A DNA stretch of 61,707 bases, counting the filler, from Dirinaria sp. TL-2023a (lineage: Eukaryota): NCBI GenBank assembly GCA_051941275.1. It is 7 parts of 7 records of this genome, joined end to end, with 100 filler letters (N's around TTAATTAATTAA, not from the genome) between each part and the next. Parts side by side here need not be neighbours in the genome. Positions count along the whole stretch, not along the records: positions 17,700 to 26,438 come from JAVEBF010001144.1; positions 26,539 to 35,261 come from JAVEBF010001145.1; positions 35,362 to 44,082 come from JAVEBF010001146.1; 4 more parts are not named here. One strand, 5' to 3'. The translations under genes and the position numbers were made by a program. Of the stretch, positions 23,819 to 35,526 are shown piece after piece (position 1 is the stretch's first letter; each line of letters begins with the position of its first letter). A model generated the notes under the pieces. It ran no database searches. It was not told the origin of the DNA and saw nothing but the letters and a program-made list of their open reading frames with translations.

Positions 23819-25336
23819 ATGCATTGGACATCAAACGTCCCAGCCAAGAGCTGGGAGGACCCACGAGCCCCATTGATGGCTTCACACGTCGTTTCTTCTC
23901 AAGACAGTGCGCATGAGGACGAAGAGGCGCCAAGCTTGAGAAATTCGGTCGACCATGGCATGCAATTCAGAGACGTCGATCATACCAAACCACCGTTTTG
24001 GAAGCGAGTGGTCTCCTATATCCAGCCCCCATGGTCGTATGCGACAGCCGGACGAGGACGAGGACGACGACGACGACGACAGAGCCAGAGTGAAGCCTGC
24101 GCCCATTGCGGAGAATCCAGAATGGGCCGAAGGACATTGTCTCGACGATGTGTGAGGCTTGGCATAGGCTTGCTGCTGCTACTGTAGGACGAATTGCTGG
24201 ACAGCGACAAACGGACAAAGCTGACATGGGAACTAAACAGAGGCATCTTCCAAATCTTGACCCTCGTATTCAACCTTTCCTTCGCGGTCCTTCCAGACCG
24301 CATCCATCTCATCCTCAAAAATTGGGGAAAACCAGGCCATATTGGCGAAGGATCCGCCCACTACCCGACCGACTTCTCGCGCGACATCCTCCCCTTACCC
24401 TGCCACTCGCACAACGATTACTGGCGCCGCGTGCCCCTCTTCAACGCCATCGAAGCCGGCTGCATCGGTGTCGAAGCCGACATCTGGCTGATCGGCAACG
24501 GGCTCTACGTCGGCCACGACCTGCAGAGCCTGACCGCTAACCGCACTCTCAGCAAACTCTACATCGACCCGATCGTCAACATCCTCGAGGGTCAAAACCC
24601 AATCACGAGCTTCTACAACAGCAGCGAAACCCGCAACGGCGTCTTCGACACCGACCCCGAACAAACGCTCATCCTTCTCATCGACTTCAAAAGCCCCGGC
24701 GCCGCCCTCTTCCCACACGTCGTCTCCGCTCTCGCCCCTCTCCGTGACCGTAATTTTCTCACCCGCCGTAACGGATCCTCCATAATCCCCGGCCCCGTAA
24801 CTGTGGTCGGCACAGGCAACACGCCCTTCGAGCTCGTAGACTCCAGCACCGCAAACCCCGACGGGGACATTTTTTTCGACGCTCCTCTCGGCAACATGTA
24901 TGAAGAGGCCGAACCCGGAGAACTCACCGACACACCCGGCCGCTCGAAACGCCAAACAGCAGACCCAGCTCCGGCACCGCAACCCTCAAACTTCACCTCG
25001 TCCACCTCCGCCTCCGAAAGCCCAGACTCCTACACCTCGCTCAACTCCTACTACGCCTCTGTCAGCTTCAGCAAAGCCATCGGCCACTTGCCCACTGGCA
25101 AATTCACCGCTCACCAACTCGATCTCCTGCGGGGCCAGATCCGCGGCGCGCACCGCCGCGGCTTGAAAGCTCGATACTGGGACCTCCCCTTTTGGCCGAT
25201 CGGCCTGAGGAATCATGTCTGGAACGTGCTTGTCCGGGAGGGAGTCGATTTGTTGAATGTGGATGATCTGACGGGGGCGACTAAGAAGGATTGGGGTACA
25301 TGGAGGGGATGGTGGGGTATTGGCGATCCGGTTTGA
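23819..25336 (+). CDS. AIM6: Aim6-like PLC-like phosphodiesterase with N-terminal membrane anchor; join(23819..24183,24241..25336), start could be 23876
   Basis: LPCHSHNDYWRRVPLFNAIEAGCIGVEADIW, LYVGH, LLIDFK, VTVVGTGNTP, FFDAPL, GLKARYWDLPFWP, LLNVDDL. A GTAGGA..GCTGAC..AACAG intron joins the TM helix in frame. Confidence 0.88.
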
Positions 25337-25540
25337 TTTCTCCCCCCCCTTCCCCCAAATTATGGGAGGGGGTGTGCGCGAGCTATGATTATGATGTTAT
25401 TTGTTTGGAGTGGGGAGTTTGGGGGGCTCGAGGCGTGGGAGCGCGGCTTTTTACTTTTTTTCTGGATGGGTTTTTGTTTTTAAGGGATTTTGAGGGATGA
25501 AAGAGAAAATATTAACAGCAGCAGCAAATAAAAAGGAGCT

Positions 25541-25566
25541 GTATGTATGTATGTATGTATTTATGT
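25541..25566 (+). repeat. (GTAT)n microsatellite
   Basis: GTATGTATGTATGTATGTATTTATGT. Confidence 0.8.
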
Positions 25567-26438
25567 GATACAACAACAGCTGTGCGCAGGAGCATAAAGT
25601 AAGTACCTAGGTACCTTTTACCCTCTGTCCCACCCTACCATTTCATCCCTTACTCCCTCCTCTTTACTTAAGGTACCTAAGGTAGCTACCCAACATATGT
25701 ATATCTTTCATCTCTTTTTCCTTCCTTCCCTATATTTAAGTACATTTGAGGTAAGTAAAGTAGAAGGAGGGTTTGAATCGTAAGATAAGCGGCCTTTTTC
25801 TTCTTTTTTTTTTTTTTTTTAAAAGAAAAGAAAGGAAAATCAATGATAAGCAGACTAAACATCACTCTATTCTATTCCATCTAAATCTAGACGAAATCAC
25901 GCCAAAGGCAGCTTGAATCACGAACTCATCATCGCACTACTGACTGCACAGTGACTTACCTAAATAAGAGCCACTACTACCCACCAGAAGAGGAAAAAAA
26001 AAAAAGGAAAAAGGACTATTCCCTTTTGATCCTGCCATACCCCATACCTCTCCTAAAAGGGTTGTTCCGATCTAATAGTCACCACACCACCCTTCCCACT
26101 CTACTCCACTCCACTCTACTGAAGCACACGTACCACCTAAGGTACCTTACCTACCTTACCTTACTTTCGATCTAAGGTACCTTAGCCTGCGATATCCAAC
26201 CATCCATCCCATGCCCAACACCCGGCGCGGAGGCCTCCCAATCTCTCTCTCTTCATACCTCACCTCGCCTCTCACCTCGCTTAGTCTGATCTGATCTCGT
26301 TATCCAAGAAAGATTCGAGTTCAGGTTTCAGGTCACGAGTACCTGAGGGACGAGAACAGGGGTAGTTCGTACGCCCCTCCCCCCAAAAAAGGGAAGAAAA
26401 AAAAGAAAAGAAAAAGAGGGCGGGGTGGGATGAAAATG

Positions 26439-26538
26439 NNNNNNNNNNNNNNNNNNNNNNNNNNNNNNNNNNNNNNNNNNNNTTAATTAATTAANNNNNN
26501 NNNNNNNNNNNNNNNNNNNNNNNNNNNNNNNNNNNNNN
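26439..26538. other. Artificial contig spacer
   Basis: N44-TTAATTAATTAA-N44. Confidence 0.98.
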
Positions 26539-26683
26539 AGGATCACAGTCCATTGATGAATGCGAGCCCGAGGTCGTGATTGGCTCCCTCTTTCCTTTGA
26601 AGTACCTCCATTGTACTTGAGACAGGCCACTCATCACAGCTGTGGTGATCAATCATCCCATTAGCCGGAACCCAACGAGAAAT

Positions 26684-28311
26684 ATGGCGGATCCATTCTT
26701 CCCCCCACGCCATCTCTACTACGACGGCAAAGTCCAATTCGCATCCTCCGGCCAGACATTCCGCTCTATAGATCCGTCCACCGCAAAGCCTCTGGCCGAC
26801 ATCTTCGCCGCCTCAACCTCGGACATCGACACCGCCATCACCTGTGCTCAAACCGCTTTCCGCTCCTGGTCAACCACGCCACCCATAGCGCGAGCGCGCA
26901 TCCTGCTGAAAGCCGTCCACCTCCTGCGTGAGCGGAACGATGAGATTGCCAAAGTCGAAACGCAGGACACCGGCAAGCCGTTCTCGGAAACGAGTACCGT
27001 CGACGTCGTCACCGGCGCCGATGTCCTCGAATTTTTCGCCAATCTCGTGGGCGGCGGGGGCTTGAACGGCGAGACGACGCAGTTGCGGGAGGACGCGTGG
27101 GTGTACACGAAGAAAGAAGCGTTGGGGGTATGCGCGGGCATCGGGGCGTGGAATTATCCCATCCAAATGTACGCTTTCATTACTACTACTATTACTGCAA
27201 AAACCCACCATGGGGCAAATCTGCCATGGTGTATTGTAGAACCTTGAAGGTGAAATTTTTGAGCTGAGATTTTTGAGGTTTTGTCTCTCGATCCAGTGCG
27301 CTTTGGAAATCGGCTCCTTGCTTGGCAGCTGGGAACACGATGGTGTATAAACCCAGCGAGTTCACGCCGCTTCACGGCCAGACTTTGGCGGAAATATACA
27401 CCGAGGCGGGAGTCCCGCCTGGCGTGTTCAATGTTGTCAACGGAGGCGGGGACGTGGGTGCTTATCTTGCGTCGCATCCGGGCATCGCCAAAGTTTCGTT
27501 CACGGGCCAGGTCTCGACCGGCAAGAAAGTAGCCGGCAGCGCTGCCGGAGGCATGAAATATGTGACGATGGAGCTTGGGGGAAAAAGTCCCGTCATCATT
27601 TTGCCAGACGCGGATATCAACCACGCTGTCGATGGGGCGATGATGGCCAATTTCTTCAGCACGGGCCAGGTCTGCACGAACGGGACGCGGGTCTTCGTGC
27701 CCGAAGACCGGAAAGCGGAATTCGAGAAGACGTTGTTGGAGAAGATGGGCTACATCCGACCGGGTGATCTGATGGACATGAACACCAACTTCGGGCCTCT
27801 GGTGTCGGAAGTGCACTACAATAAAGTCCTCAGCTACATCCGGCACGGCATCGACAATGACAAAGCCAAACTCCTCTACGGCGGCCCGGAAAAGCCGGCG
27901 GCAATTGAAGGCCTCGAGAACGGATACTGGGTCCAACCGACCGTCTTCACGGGATGCCGTGACGACATGAAGATCGTGCAGGAGGAGATCTTTGGCCCCG
28001 TCATGACCATCTTGACATACTCGACCGTCGACGAGGCCATCGCAAGGGCGAATACCACGCCTCTGGGCCTGGCAGCGGGCGTCTTCACCAGAGACCTCAA
28101 CATGGCCCATCAAGTGATTGCGAAGCTCGAAGCGGGCATCACCTGGATCAACACCTGGGGAGAAAGCCCCGCCGAGATGAGCGTGGGCGGGTGGAAGCAG
28201 AGCGGCGTCGGAGTGGAGAATGGGAAGAGAGGGTTGGAGGCCTGGGTCCGGAATAAGAGTACGCTGGTGGATATGAGTAACGCAGTGCCTACTGTGTTTG
28301 CGAAGATCTGA
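26684..28311 (+). CDS. betB: Betaine aldehyde dehydrogenase (BetB/BadA-like), 499 aa; join(26684..27168,27297..28311)
   Basis: [24 protein letters not shown] (spliced), [71 protein letters not shown]: BetB-type signature. Confidence 0.9.
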
Positions 28312-29306
28312 TGGATGGCTTTTGTCGTTCATCAATATCCAGGGTATAGGCGATTAAAAATTTAGATAGTAATCGCAATTGGCTTCACTACGCAAATCGA
28401 TGAAATCACTGACTGACCGAAGAAAGCTTACAACAGCTCGAAGGATAAGTGCGGAGGGTGACACTCCGCTCAGCTACACATAGAGCAAGAGCCTATCTCT
28501 CTGACTGCTCCTGTCCAAAACACCTCTATCGACTTGAGGACTTAAGCCAGGAACGCTCGAAGGACAGACTCGCAGATGATCCGGAGGAAATCTCGAGGAA
28601 CAAATGCTTGACTGTCGCTGGAATGGATGATGTACACCAACGACTACTTACCCTGATTCGCATCATATTTGTATCTCTGTATCTAAGGATCTAAACAGAG
28701 CAGGCAGCCATTGAGCGAAAAGCGATTAGGAATTGATCAGATGGGCGCTGTAGCGATAGGGCTATCGAAGGCTGAGGCGCATTCGAGTTAGCTGTTGGGG
28801 GGGGGTGTATGGTAGTTTCATGTGAGCGATGGGTTTTCAAGGAAAATGTCACGGCTGGTAGCAGTGTAAGAAACTGGTCAAGACTAAGTAAACGCTTCAT
28901 TGACAGAGTATTTTGGAAACTATTGTGGGTCAAGGGATCAAATGATAAGACGCATGTGGACAACGACTCGTATGGCGTCCACTAATCTAGTACTCGCTCT
29001 TGAATTTTTTGAAAGGGAAGATAAGCTCAACGAGATTGTCTTCTTAGAACTCTGGTAGTGGAATTGTATGCTGATGAGCGGGCAACGCGAGAAGCTCTAC
29101 AATTGCTTGGAACATTTGTCCCAATGGCAGGGTATAAATCGCTAATGATTGTGTGTTAAGGTATATTTTGGCTCGACTCAAGATGATCCCTTGTTGACGT
29201 TGAAAAAAAATTGGCGGTTAGGACTAGTTTAGTGGCTATGCCAGCGATATAAAAATAAATAATAGGTAGAGTGAATGGAAAGGAGAGATTAGCGACGTCA
29301 TCAGGT

Positions 29307-31016
29307 TCAGTCATAGACTTCCCGGTCATCATTATACCCCTGTAGACCTGGGACGTCGTCCTGCACGCTTACTGCTGACCATCTGGTCGATATACCTTTT
29401 AGGTCTGTGTGGAGCCAGGCTAATTTCGGATCGCCACTCGGATACAGGAACTCTTGTCTTAGTCCTGAAGTCCACCATTCTAGACAGTCCGGCTCGAGTC
29501 GGGATCCGTGTGGCGTTCGTATGGTCAATTTAGGTATTCGAGAATAGGTTTGCTACATCATCTCAAAGTCAGCACTACTCTCTTCCAGATATATTCAACA
29601 AGGGTAGCTATAGAATCTATGGTTGTCCCATGCTGTAGCAGCGTGCTCATGTTGGTGAATCACCAAGCAGGAGAGCATGCCAAGAGACAAGTCCTCAGAG
29701 CTTTTCGATGATACAAACAGGACGTCCTTTTGGAGAACGGTGATGTGGAAGAAAAAGAGAAGCACGTATTTGTAGCGGCAGATTGGATTACTTACCATCG
29801 CAAAATCCCCAGAATAACCAGCTCTCCACAATGCTTTTGGATTCATTGCTCTATGCAGCCACTCGCCGTTTATGTATTCAACATCATTTGCCGAAAGTAT
29901 AAGCTCAAGTTGTTCAAGCTGCATCGATCTGGTGATGATGCTGAAAAAACGATGTTGGCCTACTTTATGCCAGCCGAAGCTGAGATGTTTGATGAGCGCC
30001 AGCAGGCGAGGGTTCAGGCCCGTGCCCGGTTCTCTCAATCTTCCTCCGAGCCATCGACACAATCTTTTTTCATATTTCTGCAGTGGAGGTGACGTGAATA
30101 TTCCTTGCCCGTATAAAATAGCCTCGGCTTCATGATGCATTTGCTTGCAGGTAAGGAAGACAGGAACAACAGCACGTGTTGTGAGATCGTACCAAGACTT
30201 GATATATGGATGCACACGTTTGTCTGCGGGAAGTAGCGCGTGGCTGTAAATGAGATCACGGATGTTTCTTTCGAGTTGGAGAAATCGGAATGGCCCAGTC
30301 TGGCTGTTGGACGTGACTGTGTCTTCAGCGTTCACGCCCTTCCGATCTCCAATCAAGTTGAACTTCAGCCATGGCATGAAGTCATCTTGAAACTTCGGGA
30401 ATTCGTATATGACTCCGCCAGGAATCACGGGTACATCAAAGTATTGCAGTGACTTAATCTGTAGGATAGCTTGTACCCATTCTTGGTCTTTGCCACAGGT
30501 TTCTACCCATTGCGGGCCTTCCTGTCTGTCCCCAGGGCCCCAGAGACGCAACGAGTGCAAATTAGGGCATTCTTGTGCCAGAAAGCTCATGAACAGCTTC
30601 CAATCAAATAAGCCTATGGTGTTCCAGTAGGGCTCAGAATAGCACTTTCGCTCCACTCTTTGGATCAATCGCCGGAGCCTTCGCGGTAGTCTTTCAAAGA
30701 AGTCATATGAAACCTTGTCCCGGTCCCACCAATCTTGGTACATCAAATTCCATGACGACGAGCCATAGAGAACCGCTTCTGCTTCATGCTGCAATTGGCT
30801 ACAAGTCCTGATGATGGCAACATCAATGCAGGGTTTCTTGTCCTCATCAATATCGTACGGATGTATCTGACGAACAGCTGTCGAGGCAGTCCCTCGATTG
30901 TTTTGTGTCAAATCCTTTGGCTGTGTCTCGCCTGGAAAGAGTACCTCCCCAATAATTTGATGTCGAATCTCCAGTGGAGCACTGAGCAGAGGGCAGGCAT
31001 TGGAGGATTTAGCCAT
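29307..31016 (-). CDS. Uncharacterised protein with two tandem F-box-like/DUF7730-type repeats, ~488 aa; complement(join(29307..29552,29796..31016))
   Basis: Repeat 1 LLSAPLEIRHQII...IIRTCSQLQHEAEAVLYG; repeat 2 FLQLERNIRDLIY...VFLTCKQMHHEAEAILYG. Phase-0 intron GTAAGT..GCTGAC..TGTAG joins the last exon. Confidence 0.72.
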
Positions 31017-31383
31017 CGTTGCTTGAGCTTTCTTTGGGCTTGGATGAGGATTGGGGCTTCTGCAGGCAGCAAGGCTGTACCTGCTTCTTATTGAGGTGGG
31101 GTGGCGGGCAAGACAAGCTTGATTGGCCGATCATAGCGTGCATGATTCGCTAGTAACAGCTCCGCATATTGATTCGTGGGACGAATTTATTGTTCTGCAA
31201 CCCTTCAAAAGTTGCGCGACGGTCATTAGTCGAAGCGCATCATCAGACCCCATGAGGATCAACCCTGAGTATACATGAATTGATCGGGTATCAACGTTTT
31301 CTAGTAGTAGCGATTGCTCCGTTGAACCTCTGTAGGTCATGATTCAAATGTGCTAATACCGAGAAGCAGGTAAACTTGCAAGC

Positions 31384-32514
31384 TCAATCTCTAGCGGTTG
31401 GCGTCCTCTCAAAAACGAACAAAGCTTCATCTTTGCCTGCGAACGAGGGCAGCGGAATTTGTACCGTCTTCGCAAAGTCTGGTTTTTCGGCGGTCACATA
31501 TTCGTCAATGATTCGATCTTGAAATGCGGTGTAACCATTGCGATTTTGCGTACCAGCGACGCATATGGTCGTTCCCTTGTACGCTTGCATTATTTGCGAG
31601 GTAAAGCCTAAGCCCACAACGGGATAGACAAGCAGCAAGATGGCTTCCTTTGCGCCGTCCTTGGACTTCAAGTATTTTTCGCCATCCTGGATGATAGTAT
31701 CGCTGATCCAAAGAGTGCGGTATTCGCTCTGGAAGTTGTCCACAGCGGTTACGGTCAGGCCCAGGCGGCGAAGTACATAAGCCCAGTAACCATTGCCGCT
31801 GCCAATCTCCAGTACAGGCTTCCCCTTTGCGCTCTGCTTAACAACCTCCAGCCCCTCGTAGCTGGGCACTACACATCCAAAATGGTGCATGAAGATCGGG
31901 AGTATGTGATGGCTCGTGCGAACATTCGTTGTTCCGGGCTCAGGCCCAGCCCACTCAAGGTCTTTGCAAGACCAGCACCAGTAGTCATAGTATGGGTTTG
32001 TATGTTCCTTCTTCAATTTCGGAATAGTGTAGGTAGATGGTAGGTGTCTCTTGCTCTGCAAATAGACAGCTATACTAGCGCGGTGAGACCCTTTCTTTGC
32101 GTTGGCAGCCAAACCGGTCAAGGCTTTGGATGTGGATGTAGTTGAGGAGAAAATCGACGTGTAGGCGTCAATGTCCGACTGGGGAGGTGGTGGTAACTAG
32201 CAGAGTCAGCTAATGTTGGGCACCAATATGAGCGCTGGAAGATTACTTACCAGTTCACCATCATCCCCAATGTACCAGGCATGGAGGCCGTGCTTCCCTC
32301 CATGGTCAATTGCTTCTTGAACTTGGGAAAGGGTGACGCTTGCGATGGCATGATAGACATACTGGTCGTTCTTTGAGAGATTGAAGGCGTCGATGACCGA
32401 GGACCTCAGATCGAGATGATTGGTAATAGGCTTTGATGGAGTCCACTCTTGGAAAAATTGGTCAGGTACGAATTCAACAGAGCCAATTGTTCGCGCCTGG
32501 CGCTGTGGAGGCAT
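31384..32514 (-). CDS. Fungal protein with C-terminal SAM-dependent methyltransferase-like fold, 358 aa; complement(join(31384..32196,32251..32514))
   Basis: VLEIGSGNGYWAYVLRRLG..VTAVDN (SAM motif I), HHFGCVVPSYE, LLLVYP, GTQNRNGYTAF, LPSFAGKDEALFVF. Canonical 54-nt intron. Confidence 0.78.
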
Positions 32515-32935
32515 CGTTCCGGGGAAATCATCCCGGTCAGTCAATATGATCCTGAGGCCATACCTCAACCTCTACGATATGTCTCGGCCTTCGGTCATCT
32601 CCAAACGGGCTTGTGACATAATTTATGTAGGACATAGCTACATCCTCCCACTTCATTTGGTAAGACCTTATTTTACTTTACGCGGATCTCCTTCTTCTAG
32701 ACTCCGTACCCCGCGCAACCAGAACCACGCCTAGAGAACAAGCGGATCCGAACTTGTTGCTTTCTCCATCTCGCCGATCAGAACTCCGATCAATGATGTT
32801 ACGATCCTTGATAGCGCCCATAAGCCCCGGCTGGCTTATGATGCCAAATAACCTTTGGTATAAAGCTCACCAGGTCCTCATGCGACAGTCGGGCTTCGGC
32901 ATACCAACCCTCTGTTCCAGCAAAGTCCCTTCACC

Positions 32936-34165
32936 ATGGCCTCGTCGGACACGCATGATCTCAATTGCCTCACCATAGCTGAGCTTCAGCAACACGCAGA
33001 AGTGCGTATGGATAAGCAAACCCGCGATTACTACAACGAGGGTGCGGACTCAGGCTCGACCCTGCTGGAAAACTCACAAGCCTATGGCAAATATCGCATT
33101 CGTCCTCGAGTCCTTCGGGACATTTCTCTGATCGATACTTCTGTGTCTGTCTTCGGCTCCAAAAACCCGATTCCTCTCGGAATCGCGCCGACCGCCATGC
33201 AATGTCTCGCTCATCCAGACGGAGAGGTGGCTACCGCTCGCGCGTGCAAAAAGGCCGGAATGGTGATGGGGTTATCGTCCTTTGCGACGTGCACGCTTGA
33301 GGATGTCGCTGAGGCTAGTGGTCATAATCCAAGAGTCTTGCAACTGTACCTTTTCGAAGAGAGAGAGCATTCTAGAAAATTAATACAGAGGGCGAAGAAG
33401 GCTGGATATAAAGCTGTGTTTCTGACCGTTGATACGCCAATGCTTGGCAGGAGAAATCTGGAGATTAGAAATCAGTTCAAATTGCCGAAACCGTACAAGA
33501 TTGCCAATTTCACAGAGGATTCGCAATCAAATACCGCGGGAAAAGTAACGGATGGGTCTTTGACCAGTGAAAGGGATACAGTGAACAGGGAAACGAGCAG
33601 CAGTGCACCAGGATATCTTGATGGTGAGAAGCGAAGACCGCCGAGCGGGCCTGTGACCTTCCATTCCCATGCGCCAAACCCTACATTATGCTGGGAGCGA
33701 GATATAGAATGGTTGAAACAACAGTGCGGGCCAGAAATGCAAGTCTGGGTGAAAGGAATCGCGACGGCCGAGGATGCGCTGCTCGCTGTGCATCACCAAG
33801 TCGATGGGATAGTCGTATCGAACCATGGCGGGCGGCAGCTGAATGGAGCTTTGGCTACGCTCGATGCGTTGCCGGAGATAGTCGCAGTCGCGAAGGGGAG
33901 AATCCCCGTGCATATCGATGGTGGTATTAGGCATGGCACCGATATCTTCAAAGCACTGGCGTTGGGCGCAGACTTTGTGTGGGTCGGCAGACCGATATTG
34001 TGGGGTCTGGCGTATAAAGATCAGGAAGGAGTGGAATTGTGCCTGCGCCTTTTGAGGGACGAGTTCACCCTTTGTATGGGACTCGCTGGCGCGATTAAGG
34101 TGAGCGATATCTCCAAAGACTACCTAGTCAGAGTTGACAAGAGTGGCTTTGTAAGCCGATTGTGA
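32936..34165 (+). CDS. FMN-dependent (S)-2-hydroxyacid oxidase (glycolate oxidase family), peroxisomal, 409 aa
   Basis: RIRPRVLRD, IAPTAMQCLAHPDGE, LQLY, LTVDTP, VKGI, SNHGGRQL active site, DGGIRHGTDIFKALALGA, GRP; C-terminal PTS1 SRL. Confidence 0.93.
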   Translation: MASSDTHDLNCLTIAELQQHAEVRMDKQTRDYYNEGADSGSTLLENSQAYGKYRIRPRVLRDISLIDTSVSVFGSKNPIPLGIAPTAMQCLAHPDGEVATARACKKAGMVMGLSSFATCTLEDVAEASGHNPRVLQLYLFEEREHSRKLIQRAKKAGYKAVFLTVDTPMLGRRNLEIRNQFKLPKPYKIANFTEDSQSNTAGKVTDGSLTSERDTVNRETSSSAPGYLDGEKRRPPSGPVTFHSHAPNPTLCWERDIEWLKQQCGPEMQVWVKGIATAEDALLAVHHQVDGIVVSNHGGRQLNGALATLDALPEIVAVAKGRIPVHIDGGIRHGTDIFKALALGADFVWVGRPILWGLAYKDQEGVELCLRLLRDEFTLCMGLAGAIKVSDISKDYLVRVDKSGFVSRL

Positions 34166-35225
34166 CTGTCTCTCGTTTTCTCAATATCAATAAAAATAAC
34201 ACTCAAGGCTGCGCATATATCTTCATCTGCGTCCGAAATCCATTCTTTTCAAGGACACTGAAAATTCGTCTTCGCTTCCGGGTTTGAGGCCATGATTTGG
34301 ACTTCGTCGGTGGAGTCTTTCTCGAAAATTAGGCTTCTAAATGAACGGGGAAAAGGTCTCGGCCATGATAGCCACTCTTGCCCGGTCGAGAACGAAAGCC
34401 TTATTGATCTGACTGACCCTGAATCCAAGGACTGAGATGCGGCTCAAATTTGACTCTATTCGAAACAATTCATAAATAACATGTGCGAGCGATGATGAAG
34501 CGGCAAATTGTACCCGTAAGTTGCATAGGCTTAGAATCTAGATTGTATGTCACCAACTATCTGCTCATGGATCGCTTCCCTTTCCATACCATCCACACCC
34601 CTCATACATGCCATGGCATGAAAGTAATCTCGCTTCATGTTCTAATGATCGTATCTCTTTCTGGCTGCTTCAAGTGTAGACTTGTCACAGAGAAGAGATA
34701 GATGAGCGTAGCAGAAAGTCCCTCCCAGCCATATCCGGACCGCCCTAGTTCTCTAATCTACTCTCCTATTCCCACTCATAGTCTCCTTCATTTGAAAAGC
34801 CACACCTTCGTCTGTATAGAAAGAAAATGAATTGAACTACAGCGTCCAGTGCACCGAGCCGATCCTGCTATCATCTCTCACCGAATACGATTCTCGCTGG
34901 GGGACTCGGTGCATGGATTCTTGTTGTCACGAAGTACTGAGATACAATAGACTGTAAACAATGATTAAAGGGAGCATATCCGTAGCTGTATACACTGCCT
35001 CTTATCTTTAAATTGGAAAAGACAAAAAAAAAAAGAAGAAAATATATAGTTTATAATTGTGGGCTCCATATCAAGGAATTCCGGTGGTGGTGCAGAGGGC
35101 TGCTCTAGATAGCGAGGATAAAACCACGCTAGTCCCGAGTGTTGGCGCTGATGTGCAGCTGGATTCCTTTTTGTGGTTTTGGGGCTTCGAGGTTGGGGGT
35201 TCGAGTCGGGCATTGGTTGACACTT

Positions 35226-35261
<36 letters not shown>

Positions 35262-35361
35262 NNNNNNNNNNNNNNNNNNNNNNNNNNNNNNNNNNNNNNN
35301 NNNNNTTAATTAATTAANNNNNNNNNNNNNNNNNNNNNNNNNNNNNNNNNNNNNNNNNNNN
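35262..35361. other. Artificial contig spacer (preceded by poly-T 35228..35261)
   Basis: N44-TTAATTAATTAA-N44. Confidence 0.98.
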
Positions 35362-35526
35362 ACTCGCTTCCTTATCCATCCATCCATACCTCCTTGCCCA
35401 AAAAAGGGAGGGGGGAAGTAATCAGCCAAAAAAAAAAAAAAAAAACGCCAGTCCAACCACCACGCCAATATCAAAACCCTTTTTTTTTTTTCAATTTCCA
35501 ACCAACCAACCATCAATCCTCTCCAT

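Noticed and set aside
24395..25216. Several minus-strand ORFs (195, 130, 76 aa)
   Set aside because: Antisense to the C-rich AIM6 exon; compositional artefacts.
9146..28311. Putative aromatic catabolic/biosynthetic cluster of lactonase, NRPS-like reductase and aldehyde dehydrogenase
   Set aside because: The dehydrogenase is on a different contig; the lactonase-like protein is secreted and separated from the reductase by BRR6.
27154..28335. 393-aa antisense ORF over the aldehyde dehydrogenase
   Set aside because: Mirror frame of a GC3-rich gene; no recognisable motifs.
28400..29200. Short ORFs between betB and the duplicated-domain gene
   Set aside because: Fragments are short, inconsistent in frame and unidentifiable.
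29553..29795. Intronic snoRNA in the long intron
   Set aside because: A CTGA is present but no convincing box C (RTGATGA) with a terminal stem was found.
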